Positions 56,540-64,000 of a stretch of DNA of 64,000 bases are shown here, one piece after another. The stretch's first letter is position 1. Each line of letters starts with the position of its first letter. A program made the translations under genes and the position numbers. The notes below the pieces were generated by a model. The model worked only from the letters and a program-made list of their open reading frames with translations, was not told where the DNA came from and searched no databases. This stretch comes from Parcubacteria group bacterium GW2011_GWA2_43_13 (GTDB taxonomy: Bacteria > Patescibacteriota > Patescibacteriia > UBA9629 > GWA2-43-13), in assembly GCA_000999025.1 (NCBI GenBank), contig LCFM01000003.1:12253-76252 (forward strand), written 5' to 3'.

Positions 56540-57778
56540 TTATTCATACCGCAACGCCTCGATCGGGCTTTTTCCTGCGGCCTTTTTTGCGGGATACAAG
56601 CCAAATACTAATCCGATAAGAGCGGAAACCCCCAGTCCTAACAGAGCCGCGTCAATAGGGAACACAAATGCCCACTGCATGGTTGCAAACCGCGATAACA
56701 GAAACGACGCGCTCCACGAAAGAAAAGCGCCAAACGCAATACCCACTATCCCGCCGATACCAGTAAGCATCACTGCCTCGCATAAAAATTGTATCAAAAT
56801 ATCGCGATCCCTGGCACCCACTGCCTTTCGTAACCCAATTTCGCGCGTCCGTTCCGCAACTGCCACAAGCATAATATTCATAATACCGATACCGCCCACA
56901 ACCAACGATATCGCCGCAACCGCACCCAACAACAATGTCAGTACTCCAGTTATAACTCCAACCCGCTCAATCGCGTCCGCCTGGGTAGTAACATGAAAAT
57001 CATCTTTTGATGGATCAGCAATCCCATGCGTCTCCCGTAATGTAAGCTCCACATCGCGTGCAACCCGCTCAACGCTTTCATCCGTCACCGCTTGCGCAAT
57101 AATGGAATGATAATAATTGATGCCGAGTAAATATTCCTGCGCCGTGGTGTAAGGAATAAAAATAATATCATCAACATTAACCAGCGACACGCGCCCCTTT
57201 TTCCCCATCACACCAATCACGCGTAAAGATTGATTTTTGACTTTAATTTTTTCGCCTATCGCATTTTGGCCATTAAATAATTTATTTTTTATTTCCGCGC
57301 CAAGCACTGCAACTGACGCGCGCTGGCGTACATCTTCATCCGTAAACATGGCACCTTCGGCAGGCCGAATATCCAAAATATCAGTCAACAAATCGGAAGA
57401 TCCCCATACTGTTGTTCGCACTGATTCATTTTTATAATTCACAGACGCGGCAACAGTAACAACCGGCGTCATATCTTTTAAATCCTGTACATTTGCGAGT
57501 TTGCTCAATGCGCGAATATCTTTTTCTGTTAACGAATCAGTATACATTTCAGCAAAATCAGATGGGCCTTGTGGTTCTCTCCCCGGCTCTATCGAGATTG
57601 TACGGCTCCCCCACCCTTGAATTTGGCTCAAAATCAATTCCTGCGCTCCGGCGCCGATTGCCATCACCATCATAATGGCGGTAATGCCGATCACAATCCC
57701 CAGAATAGTCAAAGCAGATCGAGACCGATTCGATTTTAACCCATGTACTGCTTGTATGATTGCGTAACGAAGCTTCAT
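56540..57778 (-). CDS. MacB/FtsX-type ABC permease
   Basis: RSALTILGIVIG, GGIGIMNIMLV..ERTREIG, ALRYE. Confidence 0.95.
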   Translation of the reverse strand: MKLRYAIIQAVHGLKSNRSRSALTILGIVIGITAIMMVMAIGAGAQELILSQIQGWGSRTISIEPGREPQGPSDFAEMYTDSLTEKDIRALSKLANVQDLKDMTPVVTVAASVNYKNESVRTTVWGSSDLLTDILDIRPAEGAMFTDEDVRQRASVAVLGAEIKNKLFNGQNAIGEKIKVKNQSLRVIGVMGKKGRVSLVNVDDIIFIPYTTAQEYLLGINYYHSIIAQAVTDESVERVARDVELTLRETHGIADPSKDDFHVTTQADAIERVGVITGVLTLLLGAVAAISLVVGGIGIMNIMLVAVAERTREIGLRKAVGARDRDILIQFLCEAVMLTGIGGIVGIAFGAFLSWSASFLLSRFATMQWAFVFPIDAALLGLGVSALIGLVFGLYPAKKAAGKSPIEALRYE

Positions 57779-57815
57779 AAGTGTTCATGAACCCACTCCG
57801 TCATCCGTAGGGTGG

Positions 57816-57889
57816 CACCTCTCCTTGTTAAGGAGAGGAGGACGACGGCGTATCCCCCCTCCTTAACAAGGAGGGGGTAGGGGGTGGTC
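57816..57889. repeat. Family B palindromic repeat pair
   Basis: CCTCTCCTTGTTAAGGAGAGG and CCCCCTCCTTAACAAGGAGGGGGTAGGGGGTGGT. Confidence 0.8.
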
Positions 57890-57896
57890 TACCTCC

Positions 57897-58613
57897 TTAT
57901 TTTTTATACTCTCTCTTCTCTCCATCTTTCCCAACACGCCGATCATGCTCAACATGGCCGTCCTTCATGGTGATAACCCGATGCGCGAATGCGGCAGTTA
58001 CTGTTTCGTGGGTAATAAGAATAATCGTTGTGCCTTGTTTTCTATTCACCTCATCCAAAATAGTCATTACTGCTTTCCCAGACACGGAATCAAGATTCCC
58101 GGTCGGCTCGTCTGCAAAAATCACTTCTGGATCCAGCACTAACGCGCGCGCAATGGCAACACGCTGTTTTTCACCACCAGAAAGTTTTGATGTATGAAAT
58201 TGAGAACGATGCGAAAGCCCGACTGCATCAATCGCGTGTTCAACACGATTATGCCATTCTTTTTTAGAAATACGAGAATATAGCAAAGGCAAAGTAACAT
58301 TTTCATACACTGAAACACGCGCAAGGAGATTAAATGCCTGAAAAATAAACCCCATTTTCTCGTTACGCACCAATGCTATTTCATCTGATGAGTACTCATC
58401 CATTGTTTTGTTTTCAAACCGATACACGCCATCAGTATGGCGGTCTAAAAAACCCAATACATGAAGCAGTGTTGACTTACCTGATCCAGACGGCCCCATA
58501 ATCGCGACAAACTCGCCCTTATCAATTGCAAAAGAAACACCGCATAACGCATGTGTTTCAACCCCGTCTGACTCATACACTTTGGTAATATTCTCTATTT
58601 CCATCAGCGCCAT
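57897..58613 (-). CDS. ABC transporter ATP-binding protein (MacB/LolD type)
   Basis: GPSGSGKST, LSGGEKQR, ADEPTGNLD. Confidence 0.95.
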   Translation of the reverse strand: MALMEIENITKVYESDGVETHALCGVSFAIDKGEFVAIMGPSGSGKSTLLHVLGFLDRHTDGVYRFENKTMDEYSSDEIALVRNEKMGFIFQAFNLLARVSVYENVTLPLLYSRISKKEWHNRVEHAIDAVGLSHRSQFHTSKLSGGEKQRVAIARALVLDPEVIFADEPTGNLDSVSGKAVMTILDEVNRKQGTTIILITHETVTAAFAHRVITMKDGHVEHDRRVGKDGEKREYKK

Positions 58614-58622
58614 ACTATCGAA

Positions 58623-60383
58623 TTATTTTTCTTCAATAAATGAAATAATCGTATCCCCTTTGGCAATGCCTTGTGTAATTTCCGTATTGCCGTCAGACCC
58701 TCGCAACCCAATGAGGATATCTCGCTCCTCATAGAGCGGATTTCCTTTTTTATCTTTACCTGTTAACACGCGGGCAAACCATTTTCCATCTTTTTGCACC
58801 AATGCGCGTTGCGGAAGTATAATCACTCCTTCCCGCATATCAGTCAGAATATCAATATTTACTGTCATGCCTGATTTTATGCGATTGTCATCTTTCTCAA
58901 ACTGCACCTTTGTCATATATGTTGACACACCGTCAACCGCGGTTTCAGCAGGGTCAATAGTAACAACATGCCCTTGAAATGTAATGTCAGGCCCATACGC
59001 GTCAAGCGTCATGACAACAGGGTCAGAGATAGAAACAAAAGAAATATCAACTTCTGGAATATTTGCTTCTATTTCGTATTGAGCATCCGATATAACCGTA
59101 ACAACAGGACTACTCGCAGAAACAATTTCTCCGCGCTTCGCGCTCACCTGCGTCACAACGCCTGTGATGGGAGAGCGAATCATCCTTTTTGCAATTTGTG
59201 CCTGAATAGATCCAATATTCGCGTCCGCTTGCTTAATAAGCGCTTGCTGGGATTTGACAGTTGCCTCTGACTGACTAAGTTGCGCGCGCTGAGCTTCAAC
59301 CTGCTCATCTGTCGCGCCTGCTTTTTTCAACGCAAACTCGCTTTGTGCCAATGCCAATGCGTTTGTTGCGTCAGTCACTTGCGCCTGCGCAGATGTAATC
59401 GCTGATTCATTTGTCGCTTTTTGCACGGCAATGGCTTGTTGTTTCGCAGATGCTGTAATAATCTCGGCGTTAATGTTTGCTTTTTCCGTATTCAGATTTG
59501 AAGTATTCGCCACTGACACTCGATTCTCAATAGCAACCGAAGTCAATGCCGACTGAATGGCAAATAACGATGTTTTCATACTGCTGATTGCTTCGTCAAT
59601 ATCCGCATGCGATTGAGAACGTTGGGCTTGGATAACCTTCCCACGCGCACCGTTTTCTATCGAATTCATAAATTCTTTCGCCATTTGCCTGCCATTACTC
59701 TCTCCTAAAAAAAGAAAAATAGCATCCGCCTTTGCCTGGGCTAAGACAAAACTATTGGTATCATTATTTAAAAAATAGGCAAACTGAATATCAGTCAGCG
59801 TGTACAACGCACCTAATCCAATACTCACAGATTGAGACAGCGCGGATAACGCATTTTGATATGCCTCATTGATATCTGCCTCTGCTTTTTTTTGCGTTGA
59901 TATCAGCTCTGATTGAGCATCTTTTACCCCCTGCTCCGCATGGGCAACTTTGATTTGGAAAATAACAAGCTCTTCACTGCGCATGCCCTTAATCACTTCA
60001 TTTAATTTTACTTGCTGGGATTTTACACCAGCTTGATACTGCAATAATAAAGCACGCGCGCTTTCCGCGCTGGCCTGCGCCTGCCGAAGTTGCGCTCCCA
60101 GTTCCTGCGTTTCCAAAGACACTAACAACGCGCCCTGTTGCACATAATCTCCAACTACTGCAGGAAGTACGGCGATTTTCCCACCCACTTCAAACGCCAA
60201 ATCAACCTCTGTTGCAGGTACAACTTTACCGGTCACACTCACTTCATGTGTTACATCTTGAATGCGCGCTTCTGTTGTTTCAAATTGCACCGGCTTCTGC
60301 GACCCTATTACAATAAGTCCAATTCCTCCGGTCGCAATAACAAAAACAATAATCATGATGATGATTTTTTTCATTCTTTTCAT
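58623..60383 (-). CDS. Membrane fusion/adaptor protein (MacA/HlyD) with a long coiled coil
   Basis: N-terminal TM, DLAFEVGGKI, IRSPITGVV, IKSGMT. Confidence 0.9.
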   Translation of the reverse strand: MKRMKKIIIMIIVFVIATGGIGLIVIGSQKPVQFETTEARIQDVTHEVSVTGKVVPATEVDLAFEVGGKIAVLPAVVGDYVQQGALLVSLETQELGAQLRQAQASAESARALLLQYQAGVKSQQVKLNEVIKGMRSEELVIFQIKVAHAEQGVKDAQSELISTQKKAEADINEAYQNALSALSQSVSIGLGALYTLTDIQFAYFLNNDTNSFVLAQAKADAIFLFLGESNGRQMAKEFMNSIENGARGKVIQAQRSQSHADIDEAISSMKTSLFAIQSALTSVAIENRVSVANTSNLNTEKANINAEIITASAKQQAIAVQKATNESAITSAQAQVTDATNALALAQSEFALKKAGATDEQVEAQRAQLSQSEATVKSQQALIKQADANIGSIQAQIAKRMIRSPITGVVTQVSAKRGEIVSASSPVVTVISDAQYEIEANIPEVDISFVSISDPVVMTLDAYGPDITFQGHVVTIDPAETAVDGVSTYMTKVQFEKDDNRIKSGMTVNIDILTDMREGVIILPQRALVQKDGKWFARVLTGKDKKGNPLYEERDILIGLRGSDGNTEITQGIAKGDTIISFIEEK

Positions 60384-60399
60384 ATACTACTGATGCTGA

Positions 60400-60999
60400 T
60401 TACTTTTCCTCTTTCAACCCTATCAATGCGCGATACAACCACATGGCAAGAACCGCACCGACAATCGGCCCTACAAGATACATCACGTTACGCGCTCCAA
60501 ACACAAGCGCGACAGCAGGGTTCAGAAGCCCCAATGAAACAGTAGAGGCAACGCTGATACCGATAAGAAACGCGCCTCCAATAACAACGCCTGATAATGA
60601 TTGAGAGGCCTTTTTCTCAATCACCGCGCTCACACCAAAAGCCAACACGAACGCGCCGATCAATTCTGCAAGACCGACAATGCTGGTATTTTTAACCAAT
60701 GGATTCATTGGGCTTATGATAAATACCCCTGCCAGCGCCGCCGCAAGCCCGGCGCCTGCTAATTGCGCGATGATATATCCAAGCGCATCCTGAACACCTA
60801 TTTTACGCACAGAAAATACCGCAAGCGTAATAGCGGGATTCAAATGCGCTCCTGATACCATGCCGAGTGTATACACGCAAAAACCGAGCACAAGAGCGGC
60901 AAGCGCCGGTGTGCCGATGCGGGTAATAAGTCCAGTTGAAACAAGCACGCTGAATGCAAGCAAAAACGTGCCGATAAATTCTGCAAGATATTTTTTCAT
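60400..60999 (-). CDS. Aquaporin/MIP channel
   Basis: AEFIGTF, SGAHLNPA, second NPA. Confidence 0.93.
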   Translation of the reverse strand: MKKYLAEFIGTFLLAFSVLVSTGLITRIGTPALAALVLGFCVYTLGMVSGAHLNPAITLAVFSVRKIGVQDALGYIIAQLAGAGLAAALAGVFIISPMNPLVKNTSIVGLAELIGAFVLAFGVSAVIEKKASQSLSGVVIGGAFLIGISVASTVSLGLLNPAVALVFGARNVMYLVGPIVGAVLAMWLYRALIGLKEEK

Positions 61000-61010
61000 A
61001 GTATCGCGAT

Positions 61011-61074
61011 CCCCTCCCCTTGGTAAGGGGATGGCAGGGTGTCACCCTGCGGGTGATCCCCCGAAGGGGGAAGG
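61011..61074. repeat. Family B-like palindromic repeat
   Basis: CCCTCCCCTTGGTAAGGGGATGGCAGGGGTG..TCCCCCGAAGGGGGA. Confidence 0.65.
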
Positions 61075-61106
61075 TTTAATTTTACAAAATAAAAATTTTT
61101 ATCAAT

Positions 61107-62792
61107 TTAATGCCGTACTCCACCCCACTCAACCACAGTAAACCCTTTCCGAGGAATAGTCCGCAACATAAGTGGCTCAACATCAATCGGCTGATCAAGT
61201 GGGATGAAATCCATTAAGACACGAATAACCGTATCTGGTTGCGGATCCACAGTCAAAGGCGCCAAAGCATCCATGGCTTGATTTCCCATAAAAGTAACAA
61301 AATAATACGGCTTTGCCTGCATTTCAGGAACCCAGTACTCAACAAAATCATCTATTTCCGTATTATTCAATCCGATCAATGACAACTTCTCGCGCAATAA
61401 TCGCTCAACGCCAACGCGTTCAACCACAAACCCTTGTTCTGGAATCTCATAATATCCACCTCGCCCTTCCCAAAACAAGTAAGGATATTCTTTCCTGCTA
61501 TGGGTATCAACCAACCTGCCGTCTGGAAACGCTATCACGTCCCAACCGCCGTTATACGCTGGCTCGGAATAGGTGAATCCGCCTTCTGGTTTTAAATCCA
61601 CAGTAACGCGCTGTTCTTGTTGAGGATACAAATAAATAACCGGTTTTGCGCATTCTGCCACAGGCAAAAATGCTCTGCTTTGGAATTTAATAATCCTACC
61701 AAACGAATCTTTCCAAAAAAATACCGGATGTTTTTTGACAAACTCATCATACGAAAGTTTTTGCGCTCCAGTCCCATCGTAATCAATGACAAAATACTCT
61801 TCATCATATATTTTTTTCAGCAATGGATGGTCTGCTTTTTTGAATTCCCACATCACATCTCCTTGAGTATTCTTTCCTGCTACCACCAAATCATTTTTAG
61901 AGTCAATATCTTTTGCAGTCATCACAGAAGCAACATTTGATGATCCGCATCCTCCGATATCTGTTGAACTATATTCGCCTCTATTGCGCGTGCCATCATT
62001 CCATATCACCTGCGGAACAGCGTCTTCTTCACTCACAAAATCAATCGCCAGTTTATAGGCAATCTCGGTCCCATCAGGGGACTTAAACGAAAACCCATGA
62101 CCTGCATTTTCATACACTGTGCCATAATCAGGATGTATGAATGCAACAGTTTTATCCTTACTATCAAACCAACTCATCCCCGTCCAAAAAGGATTATACC
62201 TATTTAATGTTTGTCTTGATTTTGGACCGTATATGGTATCCGGGAAAATCAATTCTTCTAAAATGATATTCTTTGCAATAAATGTGTGGCTCGTATCGAT
62301 GGTTGTCTCATATACTTGCGCAGTGACCATGTCCGAAGAATGCACCTCAATAATATAATTTGATCCGTTATGAACAATAACATAATAATGCTCACTATCC
62401 ATGCCGTAATCCGCCAAAACCAGAACCAACTCATCTCCTTCGAACGTACCTGATTTTTTAACCTTTCCTATCGTTGAATAAGTAATTGACTCATACCTTG
62501 GAGCTATGAGCAAACCCAATGACGCACGTTCTTGATGTTCAATCCATTCTATATCGCTTTTTTTAAAAGTATCGCTCTCATCAAAGAAAGAAAGCTTTGA
62601 TGCCTCGCTTTCGTCTGTCGTGTCAAAAACGCCAGAATCACTCACTGGTGATTGTTGTTCTGATTGTGGTTGAGATACATTCACAGCATCACGCTGTATC
62701 AATGCATATCCCCAATACCCGACACCAACGCCGATAATCAATAATGCAACCCCCATAAGCGCTAATCGAAACACTGTTATAACAATTTTCAT
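61107..62792 (-). CDS. Membrane-anchored hypothetical protein with a conserved KPVIYLYP C-terminal domain
   Basis: N-terminal TM; KPVIYLYP, YPYLFWE, PDTVIRV, FTVVEWGG. Confidence 0.8.
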   Translation of the reverse strand: MKIVITVFRLALMGVALLIIGVGVGYWGYALIQRDAVNVSQPQSEQQSPVSDSGVFDTTDESEASKLSFFDESDTFKKSDIEWIEHQERASLGLLIAPRYESITYSTIGKVKKSGTFEGDELVLVLADYGMDSEHYYVIVHNGSNYIIEVHSSDMVTAQVYETTIDTSHTFIAKNIILEELIFPDTIYGPKSRQTLNRYNPFWTGMSWFDSKDKTVAFIHPDYGTVYENAGHGFSFKSPDGTEIAYKLAIDFVSEEDAVPQVIWNDGTRNRGEYSSTDIGGCGSSNVASVMTAKDIDSKNDLVVAGKNTQGDVMWEFKKADHPLLKKIYDEEYFVIDYDGTGAQKLSYDEFVKKHPVFFWKDSFGRIIKFQSRAFLPVAECAKPVIYLYPQQEQRVTVDLKPEGGFTYSEPAYNGGWDVIAFPDGRLVDTHSRKEYPYLFWEGRGGYYEIPEQGFVVERVGVERLLREKLSLIGLNNTEIDDFVEYWVPEMQAKPYYFVTFMGNQAMDALAPLTVDPQPDTVIRVLMDFIPLDQPIDVEPLMLRTIPRKGFTVVEWGGVRH

Positions 62793-62852
62793 AGATAAAA
62801 AAATAAAATACTTACTTTCTTAAGAATACCACTCAAAAACATAATAATCAAC

Positions 62853-63749
62853 TCACTCTACCACAAACACCCCGGTGATATAACTCGTTGCGTCAGGGAT
62901 GTCTTTGCCAATCAATTTTGCGGAATTAGTGTTTTCAAATAACTCAAAACGGCGCGCTCCATATTCGTCAAGTAATTGCAGTACTACAGCAAGCGCAGGC
63001 CTCGAATCAACAGAAACATCCATAATATGAGCATAATCAAACTCCTGAACAACTTTTTTGCTCACTTTATCTCGCGTTTCGGCAACAGACGATGGGGCAT
63101 TATGCGAAAAATCAAGAGACGCGATAACAATAGCGTCATCAGGGAGCAATGGTGCCACTGCGCGAGCAAACTCCCGCGCCTGATCAATAGAAAGAGTATC
63201 TTTAAAAATAATCGGGATAATACGCGCTTGTGGCAGTTCTTTTTTTATCAACGGAACAATTCCGGACACTCCGTGTTCATGATCAAACGGCACAGGATCA
63301 ATCACCGCCATTCCGGTACGAGCAATGATTGTAATCGTTTCAGCGTCTGCTGACAAAATACCATAGGGTGTTTTCCAATCATAAAAAGTTGTTGTAATCC
63401 GGCCTTTGCCTGCGAAAAAATGATCAGGACTCAACACCACCACAGTCACTGGTTTGTCTGTATGAAATTGATGCAAAATATCTACAATGGTACGCAAAGA
63501 CAGCAGATGATGATTCACTATCCCGCCGCGAGGAACGCCTGCAAATTCCCTGACAGGAATTGCTTTTACATACGCCTGCTCAAAAAATTCCCTTTGACTA
63601 AACAATGAGCGATGCATAACATAAGCATCTTCACCTCTATTCACGCGATGCGTGGAACCATACGCATATATACCAACCCCTATTCCAAGCCCCAGCGCCA
63701 CCAAAGCGCCAACAAACATCAACCCCAAAAAACCTTTTATTTTATTCAT
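62853..63749 (-). CDS. MEMO/AmmeMemoRadiSam B-like protein with an N-terminal TM
   Basis: GGIVNHH, LSPDH, EHG, IASLDFSH, TSY. Confidence 0.85.
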   Translation of the reverse strand: MNKIKGFLGLMFVGALVALGLGIGVGIYAYGSTHRVNRGEDAYVMHRSLFSQREFFEQAYVKAIPVREFAGVPRGGIVNHHLLSLRTIVDILHQFHTDKPVTVVVLSPDHFFAGKGRITTTFYDWKTPYGILSADAETITIIARTGMAVIDPVPFDHEHGVSGIVPLIKKELPQARIIPIIFKDTLSIDQAREFARAVAPLLPDDAIVIASLDFSHNAPSSVAETRDKVSKKVVQEFDYAHIMDVSVDSRPALAVVLQLLDEYGARRFELFENTNSAKLIGKDIPDATSYITGVFVVE

Positions 63750-63799
63750 AAAACATGTGTAGTGTATCTTTTTTCACACTTTGACGCAAAAACGAAATG

Positions 63800-63828
63800 T
63801 TGACATGAGAAAATCATGAGAGTATAAT
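63800..63828 (+). promoter_or_regulatory. Consensus sigma70 promoter
   Basis: TTGACA-17 nt-TATAAT. Confidence 0.85.
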
Positions 63829-63840
63829 ACCCAACGATGT

Positions 63841-63933
63841 ATGAATTACACCACCCCACATTACTGCACAGACCGATTCCGCATGAGATATCTTTTCTCA
63901 CATTGTTCATAACCCTGCAAGGGTTATTTTTTT
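63841..63933 (+). promoter_or_regulatory. Leader ORF (23 aa) and attenuator hairpin
   Basis: MNYTTPHYCTDRFRMRYLFSHCS*; its stop overlaps ATAACCC-TGCAA-GGGTTAT-TTTTTT. Confidence 0.65.
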
Positions 63934-63938
63934 ATGCT

Positions 63939-64000
63939 ATGAAACATTGTATCTCTATTGCTCAATTTTCACGACAAGACATCGAAACGCTTTTGCAAAA
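63939..64000 (+). CDS. pyrB: Probable aspartate carbamoyltransferase (first 20 codons only)
   Basis: MKHCISIAQFSRQDIETLLQ resembles ATCase/OTCase N-termini. Confidence 0.55.
   Translation, partial: MKHCISIAQFSRQDIETLLQ

Overview
This is a 64-kb, mostly housekeeping segment, most likely from a Patescibacteria/CPR (Parcubacteria-like) genome. That placement is an inference from gene content such as DUF5663/DUF5654-like genes, TrmB, a membrane-anchored MEMO protein, a split transketolase and an ACT-less Rel. Left part: end of topA, rel, a secreted lipase-like protein, parAB, three tRNAs, ilvE, pepA and a long iscR-iscS-sufCBD-Rieske-sufS-sufU-nfu Fe-S locus. Middle: a pentose-phosphate/glycolysis cluster, enolase, a minimal group-3b-like NiFe hydrogenase locus, rlmD-mutY-nth, pgk and FBP aldolase/phosphatase. 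Right part: plsC, archease, an 1838-aa orphan protein, an OLD nuclease, a MacAB-type exporter, an aquaporin and the start of pyrB. The most notable non-standard signals are four. (1) At least five families of short palindromic or heptamer repeats sit between genes and also insert in frame into sufU, sufS (three times), sufD, mutY and the lipase; they also fuse two genes, truncate transketolase and supply stop codons. (2) The giant protein combines HEXXH-peptidase, transmembrane and GT9-glycosyltransferase modules in a toxin/effector-like layout. (3) Two unannotated micro-ORFs, one behind a strongly structured RNA leader. (4) A pyrBI-type attenuator and structured RNAs in the tRNA leaders. No CRISPR array, transposase, integrase or rRNA was seen.
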